The notes under the pieces: model-generated
What the model was told of the DNA's origin: nothing
Databases searched by the model: none
Seen by the model: only the letters and a program-made list of their open reading frames with translations
Shown: positions 29,330 through 38,121 of the stretch, one piece after another
Layout: the number at the start of each line of letters is the position of its first letter
Position numbering within the stretch: the first letter of the stretch is position 1
Translations under genes and position numbers: made by a program
Sequence record: OY720014
Source of the DNA: Escherichia phage vB_Eco_QOTSP
Strand: one strand, 5' to 3'
DNA: 64,000 bases

Positions 29330-30298
29330 ATGAAAACTGTAACTATCAATAAGGGTATCTACTTCGGTAAAGAAATCTCTGGAACTTTTGAGCTCTTAGG
29401 CGAATGGTTCCCAGATAATGCTCCGGTAGATGCACAAGGAGATGGTAAAGTTTTTGTTGAAATTGACGGTAAACGTCGCGGTGTTTGGGTTTACAAATCA
29501 GACATTTCATATGATGGTGTAAAAGTTGAAGAAGTTAAAGAATCGTATGAAGATATGAAAACCCGCATTAATAAAAGATTTAATGTTATGGGAATGATGA
29601 CGAATGGTATTATTAATGGAAATATTCGTTCATTAATTATCTCTGGTGCGGCGGGTATTGGTAAAACGTATTCTTTAGATAAAGCTTTAAATAAAGCAAA
29701 TGATATTGGATACATTGAATATAAAAGCATTAACGGTAAAATCTCTGGTATCGGTCTTTATGAACAGCTTTGGAATAATCGTGAAGAGAATTCTGTCCTT
29801 TTGATTGATGATGTGGATGTTTTCTCTGATATGGACATTCTTAATCTTCTGAAAGCTGCTCTGGACACTGGAGAGACCCGTAAAGTCTGCTGGAGCACTG
29901 CATCTTCTTACTTAGAAGAAAAAGGCATTGAGCGTGAGTTTGAATTTAAAGGAACGATTGTTTTTATCACAAACGTTGACATTGACCGCGAATTAGACCG
30001 TGGTACTAAACTTGCTCCACATTTACAAGCATTAGTGTCCCGCTCAGTTTATTTGGATTTGGGTGTTCACACTAATGAAGAAATTATGGTCAGGGTTGAA
30101 GATGTTATTCTTTCGACTGATATGATGCAAAAGCGCGGTCTTTCTGATGAAGAAACTTATAAAGCATTATCATGGATGAAAGTCAATGTTAATCGTTTAC
30201 GCAATGTTTCACTGCGTACTGCTCTTTATCTTGCTGACTTTATTATGACCGACAAAAATGGTTGGGAAGAAATTGCTGAGGTTACTCTTCTGAAATAA
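29330..30298 (+). CDS. AAA-type P-loop ATPase with N-terminal extra domain (322 aa)
   Basis: Walker A GAAGIGKT, Walker B LLIDDVD, sensor-like TNVD. Confidence 0.65.
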   Translation: MKTVTINKGIYFGKEISGTFELLGEWFPDNAPVDAQGDGKVFVEIDGKRRGVWVYKSDISYDGVKVEEVKESYEDMKTRINKRFNVMGMMTNGIINGNIRSLIISGAAGIGKTYSLDKALNKANDIGYIEYKSINGKISGIGLYEQLWNNREENSVLLIDDVDVFSDMDILNLLKAALDTGETRKVCWSTASSYLEEKGIEREFEFKGTIVFITNVDIDRELDRGTKLAPHLQALVSRSVYLDLGVHTNEEIMVRVEDVILSTDMMQKRGLSDEETYKALSWMKVNVNRLRNVSLRTALYLADFIMTDKNGWEEIAEVTLLK

Positions 30299-30396
30299 TT
30301 CATAAGAGGCCTTCTATGACAAAAAGGCAGTTCAGAAATAGATTATATGGACTGCCATCAAAAAGATGACTAGAATTAAACTGGTAAATGGAGGTA

Positions 30397-30702
30397 ATGA
30401 TGTTATACTCAAAGGCTCGTGAAATTTATGAAACTAAAATTAAAGAAGCAGTATTTCAGTTCGCAACAACGATGCGATGGACAAATGATTGGGAGTATTC
30501 AAAAAATCATAAGAAGCCCTTGGTGACAAGAAAGGCTCATATGTTAGTGTTAATAGACCGTGAGCAGATTAAAGCCCGAGAAGCCCTCCAGAATCATAAA
30601 AAGGCTGCCTTTGAATGGTTTATGGATAACACTGCTCCTGAGACTAAGAAAGCAGTGAGCGCGTGGTTCAGTGGAAAAAATTGTGAAAGAAGTTTCTTTT
30701 AG
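30397..30702 (+). CDS. hypothetical protein (about 101 aa)
   Basis: ATG after GGAGG; track ORF starts at 30388. Confidence 0.45.
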   Translation: MMLYSKAREIYETKIKEAVFQFATTMRWTNDWEYSKNHKKPLVTRKAHMLVLIDREQIKAREALQNHKKAAFEWFMDNTAPETKKAVSAWFSGKNCERSFF

Positions 30703-30704
30703 TT

Positions 30705-30737
30705 GTTTACAAGACCGTTCCTCTGTGGTACTATACA
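30705..30737 (+). promoter_or_regulatory. early promoter
   Basis: GTTTAC...TGGTACTATACAACTATCAACTAC. Confidence 0.6.
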
Positions 30738-30762
30738 ACTATCAACTACGGAGGAACAGAAA

Positions 30763-31290
30763 ATGAATGCTAAAGATATTTTCAACTTGGTAAACTACAA
30801 TGATGGTAAATTTAAATCTGAAGCTCAAAGCAAGTTCTTTAATGACATCTCAATTGGAGGTGAAATCACGGTTGATGGAGGACAAATTTACAAATCTCGT
30901 TGGAATTGGATCGTTATTATCGATGAGATTGGTATTGTAGAAATTTACAAAAATACGAATAAAAATCGTACATTACACTGGTCTCGTGATACTAACGAAC
31001 AGTACAAAAAGGATAAAGCATCTAAATTATCTCGTGTAACTCAAGAAGATATTGAGTTCATCAAGAAAGATATTTTGATGTATGATAACTTAATTGCTGA
31101 AGAGCAAGCTGTTATTGATAAATTTGACGAGATTAAAGCTTCTCGTGAAATTCCTGATTTTATGAAAGAATCAGTAAATGAACGATACACTCTCATTTCA
31201 GAGCGTATTGAAACTTACAAAAAGCAAAGAGCTGAACGCCAGAATACTCTTCGGAAGTTTGAAGAACGGTTAAAGACGGTACTCGCATAA
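30763..31290 (+). CDS. hypothetical protein with C-terminal coiled coil (175 aa)
   Basis: ATG after GGAGGAACAGAAA. Confidence 0.5.
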   Translation: MNAKDIFNLVNYNDGKFKSEAQSKFFNDISIGGEITVDGGQIYKSRWNWIVIIDEIGIVEIYKNTNKNRTLHWSRDTNEQYKKDKASKLSRVTQEDIEFIKKDILMYDNLIAEEQAVIDKFDEIKASREIPDFMKESVNERYTLISERIETYKKQRAERQNTLRKFEERLKTVLA

Positions 31291-31345
31291 CCGCTTTATA
31301 CCAAGGATGGTATAATGGTTCTAAGCCCTTTTAATTGAGATTATT

Positions 31346-31753
31346 ATGAAACAGTTGATAATTAAAAGATTGAATTTATTGATATGTTGTTTATGTATAG
31401 TAATTGCATATGGTTATTACGCAATTAATGATTATATGCATTATAAAGATTATGATGTTACTGTAGTTAATACCCTTACAGGAACTCAAGGAAAGGGGTC
31501 TAGTTTATCGTTTATTGCCGTATATGAACTCAAAGACGGTTATAGATTTAGTGAATATATTTCCCCAGAGATGTATTCATCAATAGAAAAAGGCGATAAT
31601 ATTACTGTAAGTTTACGTCCTTTCGACGTAAAACAGACATTGTTTGATAATATTGTTTGGTTCTTTGGAATGGTATTAGTTCAATCTGTATGCGGTGCTT
31701 ATATAGTCTTTTCCATCATATTCTGTGTATTTAGTAAAATTGAAATTGAGTGA
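31346..31753 (+). CDS. membrane protein (135 aa)
   Basis: N- and C-terminal hydrophobic helices. Confidence 0.5.
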   Translation: MKQLIIKRLNLLICCLCIVIAYGYYAINDYMHYKDYDVTVVNTLTGTQGKGSSLSFIAVYELKDGYRFSEYISPEMYSSIEKGDNITVSLRPFDVKQTLFDNIVWFFGMVLVQSVCGAYIVFSIIFCVFSKIEIE

Positions 31754-31760
31754 GGAAAAT

Positions 31761-32648
31761 ATGTCAGTAGTAATTAATAATGTCAATACAGTAATTAAAT
31801 CTTTAGTTAATAAAAAAATGAATGAATGGACTGTACTTCGTCGTGGAGAGCCAGATAAATTTTTTCATAGATTTAACCCAACTTTGGATTTGAATGTTAT
31901 TGACAGAGATGTTCATGCAGAAATTTTAGATAAGTTTAAAGTTGATATTGGATTTGGATTAGAAAAACACTTACAGCGAACAAACGGGTCTGGAATGGGT
32001 TTATCTAATCGCATTATGAAAGCCCTTAATAAAATTGGAGCATTGTCTCGTATTAATGCAAGTGAAATTCTTCGCAATTATAATAAAGGCTATGATCTTT
32101 ACGGTCGACTAATGCCGAAATTATCATTTGACCAAATGATCGCAGATTTGTGGGAAAATCAACGACGATTATTAGCATTAGGCGCTCGATTAGCTAAAGG
32201 TCTAGATAAACAAATGATTTTTAAGACCAATAATACAGAAGACCTTAAATGCTTTAAATTTAGTATTCGCGGCGATGATTATTACGTCAGAGCTCGCTCT
32301 ACAGATTATGTTAATATGGGGCATCATCTCTGTTTAGCTTTTGAAGTTTTAAAAGAAGCCGGAACATTAGAATATGTGTCTGGTGCTAAATGCCCGATTG
32401 GTTCAAGTTGTATTTTAATTTATCGCCCGGATGAATCCAGTTTAACTAAATTGCCTACAAAACCTGTACCAGTTCGCAGTAATGAAAAACATTCTGAGCA
32501 AATTGATTATTTTAATAAGCAAATTGAAGAGCTGAATATTTCTATTCAACAGTATGACGATGAAATTTTCAGACTATCTGGATTGAGTAGTAAAGCTAAA
32601 TCTGAGCGTGAAAAATTAATTAAAATTGTTGATTTACTTAAATCTTAA
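31761..32648 (+). CDS. paralog-array member 1 with C-terminal coiled coil (295 aa)
   Basis: ATG after GAGTGAGGAAAATATG; shares architecture and C-terminal helix with the next three genes. Confidence 0.55.
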   Translation: MSVVINNVNTVIKSLVNKKMNEWTVLRRGEPDKFFHRFNPTLDLNVIDRDVHAEILDKFKVDIGFGLEKHLQRTNGSGMGLSNRIMKALNKIGALSRINASEILRNYNKGYDLYGRLMPKLSFDQMIADLWENQRRLLALGARLAKGLDKQMIFKTNNTEDLKCFKFSIRGDDYYVRARSTDYVNMGHHLCLAFEVLKEAGTLEYVSGAKCPIGSSCILIYRPDESSLTKLPTKPVPVRSNEKHSEQIDYFNKQIEELNISIQQYDDEIFRLSGLSSKAKSEREKLIKIVDLLKS

Positions 32649-32656
32649 GGAACACC

Positions 32657-33676
32657 ATGAAAACTCGTTCTCAAATTGAAGATATGGTTCGTAATGCCAG
32701 CTATACCCGTAATGTTATGACATTTTTGTGCCAAAATAATTTAGACCCTGATAAAGTTAATCGTGATATTCACTTTAAGTATATGAATAGCAGTGAATGG
32801 TTACGTCATTTTAGTAAAGCGGGATATATTACACAAATGACTGCTCGTGAGCAGCTCACCGATTTCTGTAAAACTATTGATTATAAAAATCCTCTATTTG
32901 TTCAAGGCGTTGGTCAGAGTAAGGTTGATTTATCAACAGGATTTTTTAATCCAAATCATTATCGTCTTGAATGGAGATTTATTGCTCTATTCCGTAAACA
33001 ATTAAAGCAAATTTTGTCGACGGCTAGTCGATTAAAAGGTTCTGACATTAACTTAAAGAACCTGAAATTTGATGGTTATACTCTTCAGATGGAAGTAAGA
33101 CCATTAAAAGAAAATAATAGAACTGCACGAATTAGCTTTAAACCTAATACAAAAAATTCTCTTTCAATTTGCGAATGCCTTAAATCGCAGTTGACAGAAG
33201 CATTTAAGTATATGGATGTTGTTGCCGCTGTTCATTCTAAGATTTTACCTCGTTTTGAGCGAAATTGGGAACATACAACAACATATGAACTTGATATGAT
33301 CGTTTCATTTAAATACGATTTTTTGAGAAAGGATGAAGTCCCGCAAGAGAAAAAGCAAGAAGTGCAAGATAACTTAAATTTATCTAATTACTCATCAAAC
33401 GATCCTAAATTTTGGATGTATAGTTCAGGCAATAAAGATGCATGGAAATTCAATAAAGTGAATTTTCTTCCTATTGAAAATCCGAGTCTTAAACCTGTTG
33501 AAAAATGGCACGCGGATGCGATTGAGAAGTCTATCAAGGCAGTAGATGATGAACTCGTTAAAGCGACCAATGAAGTGCTAGAAGCTGAAAAGATGCTAGA
33601 AAAAGCTCAAGAAAAAGTCAAAAATCTCACGAAGCAACGTTCTAAACTGAACAACGCACTAAATGCACTGAACTAG
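32657..33676 (+). CDS. paralog-array member 2 with C-terminal coiled coil (339 aa)
   Basis: C-terminal ...KVKNLTKQRSKLNNALNALN heptad helix; N-terminus MKTR... similar to member 4. Confidence 0.55.
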   Translation: MKTRSQIEDMVRNASYTRNVMTFLCQNNLDPDKVNRDIHFKYMNSSEWLRHFSKAGYITQMTAREQLTDFCKTIDYKNPLFVQGVGQSKVDLSTGFFNPNHYRLEWRFIALFRKQLKQILSTASRLKGSDINLKNLKFDGYTLQMEVRPLKENNRTARISFKPNTKNSLSICECLKSQLTEAFKYMDVVAAVHSKILPRFERNWEHTTTYELDMIVSFKYDFLRKDEVPQEKKQEVQDNLNLSNYSSNDPKFWMYSSGNKDAWKFNKVNFLPIENPSLKPVEKWHADAIEKSIKAVDDELVKATNEVLEAEKMLEKAQEKVKNLTKQRSKLNNALNALN

Positions 33677-33706
33677 TTTACTTCGCCACAAGGATGTGGT
33701 ATAATG
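33676..33706 (+). promoter_or_regulatory. early promoter
   Basis: GTTTAC -35 and TATAAT -10 17 bp apart. Confidence 0.6.
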
Positions 33707-33733
33707 TTCTTACTTTCTACTGAGGAGATTAAT

Positions 33734-34735
33734 ATGACTCGTAACGAATATATCAAATCATTCAATAGCGTTATTGATGATAAAGTTATACCGCTGTTTG
33801 GCCAAAATAGTGTTCTTTCTATTATCAATCAATGGCTCAATAATATTGATGCAAGTATTGTTTCTTCCGGCAAATTTATTCATGAAGTTCATGAAATTTC
33901 TAGTCGTACAAATAAAGATGCCATTAAGAAAACCTTTAAAGGATCTCGTCTTCTTTCATATTTGGTTAATCGGGATATTCTTGGTAATTTTGGGAAAGAA
34001 ATTAAACGAACCAAAGATGTAGTAGGATATAATTGGTTCGGTGATGTTAATTCTTATCATCTTAATATCAAAGAAGACCCTGAGAATATTTTTACTCGTC
34101 GTTGGATTAGTAATTTCAGACTTTTCAAAGGACAAATTCTAAAATCAGCTTCTAAATTATGTTATGGCGATTATCGTCAAATTCATCCTTTGGCTTCTGA
34201 TATGATTATCGTAAAAGAATATGAGCTTGATAAAAATAAAGTAGCTATTTTTGTGAATTATGGATTTTTTACACCAGCAGCTAATCAAAAGAACATTAAT
34301 AAATTTTTCTCAATTGCTAGCACTATAACTCATCAATTAGAGACGGCTTTGGGCTGTATGGAAACTGTAAAAAGTATTCATACATATCCTTTCAAAAATA
34401 TGTGTGGATGGGAAGGATATAAAATTATAATTAGTCTTCGTGAAGTAAAGTGTGCGTACTCACCGACTAATAAAGAAATTTACCAACAAAAATGTGATGA
34501 AATTGTGAATACTCCTAAAGAAGAAACTACCCTTGAGGAACTAATGGAATGTCTTGATGATTCACCTGAACCGGTAGAAATTCGTCCAGAAGTTATTGCG
34601 CTAGAAAAAGCTTATAAAGAAGTTCTAGAAATTTCTAATAAAGCGCACAAAGAATATGAGCAGGCTAAAAAGATTTGGGAAGAATCCGTTAATCGTCTTG
34701 ATCGTCTAGAACAAGCTTTACAGTTAATTAAGTAA
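33734..34735 (+). CDS. paralog-array member 3 with C-terminal coiled coil (333 aa)
   Basis: ATG after TGAGGAGATTAAT; C-terminal ...NRLDRLEQALQLIK. Confidence 0.55.
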   Translation: MTRNEYIKSFNSVIDDKVIPLFGQNSVLSIINQWLNNIDASIVSSGKFIHEVHEISSRTNKDAIKKTFKGSRLLSYLVNRDILGNFGKEIKRTKDVVGYNWFGDVNSYHLNIKEDPENIFTRRWISNFRLFKGQILKSASKLCYGDYRQIHPLASDMIIVKEYELDKNKVAIFVNYGFFTPAANQKNINKFFSIASTITHQLETALGCMETVKSIHTYPFKNMCGWEGYKIIISLREVKCAYSPTNKEIYQQKCDEIVNTPKEETTLEELMECLDDSPEPVEIRPEVIALEKAYKEVLEISNKAHKEYEQAKKIWEESVNRLDRLEQALQLIK

Positions 34736-34789
34736 AATTTAAAGCCAAGGATGGCTCGGAGTATAAATCATTAACCAAGTGAGAAGAAC

Positions 34790-35716
34790 ATGAAAACTCG
34801 TAAACATTATATTGATTATTTTGACAGTCTTATTACTAAACATCGTGATTATCAGATAGGACACAGAGCAGTAATCAATAATATTCTTCGTGATTTTTTA
34901 GATTATACTGGACAGGAAAATCATATCTGTAAGGATACTCAGAATGCGTATTCACAATCTCTTGGTTCTTTACTTGAGTGGTTCAAGCGTTCTCGTGTGT
35001 TATCTTCTACTGTAGCTCGTGAGAACATTAAAAAATTTATGTATCCAAGCTACATTGAGACTAATGTATCAAATGCTAGTGTTGTTACATTTAATATTAT
35101 TAACGACGTGAAAAGAACTTATTTAGAAGAATGGTTTTCTAAAAATAGTAAAGAAAAATTTACTAGTGAGTTTTCACGCGAATTCAATAATAACGTGAAT
35201 ATGCTTTTTAAGCATTCTCGTAGACTGTTTTGTCATGGCGATGATCGTACTATTAATGTGAATGTAAAAGACTGGGTTACGGCTAAATTCATTCCATCAT
35301 CCCAGAATAAATCATCTGAATTATCAGTTATTATCTGTGCTCCGCACGAGATATATAAAAATCTTCCGTATATGAAACCGCGTGAAGCTAATAAACACAA
35401 TGAAACAATTCGTTCTTTGACTTATAATTTGCGTATGTTATTATCTAAAATGGATGTAGTTGAATCCTTTGATGATAATACAAATTATGGTCTTTCGTTG
35501 TTTGAAACTAAAGTTGTTATTAAGTTAAAGGACCCTAGTGAATTTAAACCTACGTCAAAACCCAATCATGGGAATGATACTATGAAAGAAGAACGCGAAT
35601 ATCTCAATACTCGTTTGATTGAAGTTGAAGCCCAAATTGCAGAACACACCAAATTGTTAAAAGCTCTTAATGCAAAAGCAAATGGTTTACGTAATGCTAT
35701 TGAGGTATTGAAATGA
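34790..35716 (+). CDS. paralog-array member 4 with C-terminal coiled coil (308 aa)
   Basis: C-terminal ...[21 protein letters not shown]; N-terminus MKTRKHYIDYF. Confidence 0.55.
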   Translation: MKTRKHYIDYFDSLITKHRDYQIGHRAVINNILRDFLDYTGQENHICKDTQNAYSQSLGSLLEWFKRSRVLSSTVARENIKKFMYPSYIETNVSNASVVTFNIINDVKRTYLEEWFSKNSKEKFTSEFSREFNNNVNMLFKHSRRLFCHGDDRTINVNVKDWVTAKFIPSSQNKSSELSVIICAPHEIYKNLPYMKPREANKHNETIRSLTYNLRMLLSKMDVVESFDDNTNYGLSLFETKVVIKLKDPSEFKPTSKPNHGNDTMKEEREYLNTRLIEVEAQIAEHTKLLKALNAKANGLRNAIEVLK

Positions 35717-36102
35717 AAAAGCGTCTATTAGAAGATATTGCAGCTTCTAGTAATTCCAGTCTAATTAAAATTATTATGGCTGGTGAAGAAGACGATCTGG
35801 AAATGCGTGGAAAGATTCACGGCTGCGACGATTTAGATTTTAAACCTCCAGCATGGGATGCTATTATGGCTATGGTTGAACGACGTGAAAGAGCTTCTAA
35901 AAACGTTCCTAATTGCCCTGAATGCGGTACTGAACAAGTTCAATTGATTAACTGGCGTAAACCAGAGCTTGAATATAAATGCCGTCATTGTAAACATAAA
36001 TTTAATAAGCATGCTCCGGAAATGGTTAAATTGCCTGACTCTACTGAGTTCTTTAAAGAACTTGTGAGTGTTCAACCAATGCCTAATAATATTTTGGATT
36101 AA
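35713..36102 (+). CDS. zinc-ribbon protein (129 aa)
   Basis: CPEC...CRHC four-Cys motif; overlaps upstream stop. Confidence 0.5.
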   Translation: MKKRLLEDIAASSNSSLIKIIMAGEEDDLEMRGKIHGCDDLDFKPPAWDAIMAMVERRERASKNVPNCPECGTEQVQLINWRKPELEYKCRHCKHKFNKHAPEMVKLPDSTEFFKELVSVQPMPNNILD

Positions 36103-36104
36103 AA

Positions 36105-36347
36105 ATGACCAAGCGTAAAGAATATATGGAGACTGCTAAAAAGGCAGTCCGTGAATTAGCAATAGCTTATTATAATGAACATGGTAAATTTCCTGATAGA
36201 TACAGCGTGCTTAAATCTGCTTTAACTCGTTCATATAAAAATATGCTATCAGAAGTAAGTGATATTATATACAAACATAAAGAACAAACGGGCCAAAGTC
36301 TTGATTACGACGAGACTTTTAAACAAGTACTAGGAATTAAGGAATAA
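36105..36347 (+). CDS. hypothetical small protein (80 aa)
   Basis: ORF just upstream of nrdC. Confidence 0.45.
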   Translation: MTKRKEYMETAKKAVRELAIAYYNEHGKFPDRYSVLKSALTRSYKNMLSEVSDIIYKHKEQTGQSLDYDETFKQVLGIKE

Positions 36348-36348
36348 T

Positions 36349-36612
36349 ATGTTTAAAGTATATGGTTATGATAACAACATCCATAAATGTGTGTATTGCG
36401 ATAATGCAAAACGTCTTTTGACTGTGAAGAAACAGCCGTTTGAATTTATCAACATTATGCCGGAAAAAGGTGTTTTTGATGATGAGAAAATTGCTGAGCT
36501 TCTGACTAAACTGGGTCGTGATACTCAAATTGGCTTGACGATGCCTCAAGTATTTGCTCCTGATGGAAGTCATATTGGTGGATTTGACCAATTGCGGGAA
36601 TACTTTAAATGA
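36349..36612 (+). CDS. nrdC: phage thioredoxin/glutaredoxin NrdC (87 aa)
   Basis: Active-site CVYC; MFKVYGYD... matches T4 NrdC. Confidence 0.9.
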   Translation: MFKVYGYDNNIHKCVYCDNAKRLLTVKKQPFEFINIMPEKGVFDDEKIAELLTKLGRDTQIGLTMPQVFAPDGSHIGGFDQLREYFK

Positions 36613-36824
36613 TGCTCGAAGGAACTGACTATATTCATGATTACCGCGGAAGCGCGGTATATGTAGGTGATGAAGTTGCAGTTTATTATGGGTATGGAAC
36701 TTTGATGACAGCAAAGGTTATTCAAATTAAAAATAATCGTGCTAAACTTGAAGTTTATTATTCTAATGGTGAAAAGTCTATTTCTAAGTGGAAATACGGC
36801 GATTGTATGGTCAAACTGGGGTAA
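36609..36824 (+). CDS. hypothetical small protein (71 aa)
   Basis: ORF overlapping the nrdC stop. Confidence 0.45.
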   Translation: MMLEGTDYIHDYRGSAVYVGDEVAVYYGYGTLMTAKVIQIKNNRAKLEVYYSNGEKSISKWKYGDCMVKLG

Positions 36825-37119
36825 ATATGATTTACGATATTAATGTAGCAAAAGCTCCGTCAATGGTTACTATTCCTGCTGAAGAACTAGATCGTCTTCA
36901 TAAAATTGAAGAACTTCTTTGGGAAATTGAATCTGATTTGCCATCAGGATTAGAATCCTGGATTGATTATGAAGAACTTAATAAGCTTCGGGGTTAAACC
37001 TTGGTGGGCGGCTAGATGGGAAACTGTAGAGCCAGAGCCGGAAGAACCGGTTTACACTGATGAAGAAACAGTATATAATGAACCAACGATAAATGACTTA
37101 ATTGATATGGAGATGGGAC

Positions 37120-37605
37120 ATGATTACAGTAGATAAGTGGTTTAGAATTAATCGTGCTGATACAGGGCTGTGTAATTACTGGCCGGAACTTAGCGCAGGT
37201 ACTGTCTTTAAAGTTCGTGAACTTGCAAAAGAATGTGAAGATGATATAGAGCCTGATACTGGAATTATTGAAATTGAACTTTCCGACGGAAAGATTATTA
37301 ATATCTATGATAAGCCAATTACGTATTGGTGCTTGTGGAATACTGAATCAGTAGAAAATGGCGAAATTGAAGAAGTTGTAGATAGAACTAATCAAGTTGT
37401 TCAGAAGCCTAAAGCTGATTTTCAAGGTGAACGTATTTCATACGCATTAGCTAAATTAGCTGCACAAGAAAATAATGATGGCTATGAAGGAAATTTAATG
37501 CAAGCTGCCGCAGAGTACATTGAATGGCTTGAAACTCAAATTTCTTTTTCTGACCGAATGATTCAGCAATATAAGCGATTGCATCAAATGTTTTACAATA
37601 CTTGA
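37120..37605 (+). CDS. pin: Pin-like protein (host Lon protease inhibitor), 161 aa
   Basis: Internal ATG of track ORF 37102 gives 161 aa; position upstream of gene 49 as in T4. Confidence 0.6.
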   Translation: MITVDKWFRINRADTGLCNYWPELSAGTVFKVRELAKECEDDIEPDTGIIEIELSDGKIINIYDKPITYWCLWNTESVENGEIEEVVDRTNQVVQKPKADFQGERISYALAKLAAQENNDGYEGNLMQAAAEYIEWLETQISFSDRMIQQYKRLHQMFYNT

Positions 37606-37615
37606 AAATAATAAA

Positions 37616-37646
37616 TACCCTTATCTATTTAAGGTAAGGGTTTTAT
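37616..37646 (+). terminator. possible stem-loop terminator
   Basis: ACCCTTA...TAAGGGT stem followed by TTTTA. Confidence 0.35.
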
Positions 37647-37647
37647 T

Positions 37648-38121
37648 ATGTTATTGACTGGCAAATTATATAAAGAAGAAAAACAAAAATTTTATGATGC
37701 ACAAAACGGTAAATGCTTAATTTGCCAACGAGAACTAAATCCTGATGTTCAAGCTAATCACCTCGATCATGACCATGAATTAAATGGACCAAAAGCAGGA
37801 AAGGTACGTGGATTGCTTTGTAATCTCTGCAATGCTGCAGAAGGTCAAATGAAACATAAATTTAATCGCTCTGGTTTAAAGGGACAAGGCGTTGATTATC
37901 TTGAATGGTTAGAAAATTTACTTACTTATTTAAAATCCGATTACACCCAAAATAATATTCACCCTAACTTTGTTGGAGATAAATCAAAGGAATTTTCTCG
38001 TTTAGGAAAAGAGGAAATGATGGCCGAGATGCTTCAAAGAGGATTTGAATATAATGAATCTGACACCAAAACACAGTTAATAGCTTCATTTAAGAAGCAG
38101 CTTAGAAAGAGTTTAAAATGA
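37648..38121 (+). CDS. 49: endonuclease VII, Holliday-junction resolvase (157 aa)
   Basis: Zinc-binding CLICQ...CNLCN; 157 aa; matches T4 gp49. Confidence 0.9.
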   Translation: MLLTGKLYKEEKQKFYDAQNGKCLICQRELNPDVQANHLDHDHELNGPKAGKVRGLLCNLCNAAEGQMKHKFNRSGLKGQGVDYLEWLENLLTYLKSDYTQNNIHPNFVGDKSKEFSRLGKEEMMAEMLQRGFEYNESDTKTQLIASFKKQLRKSLK

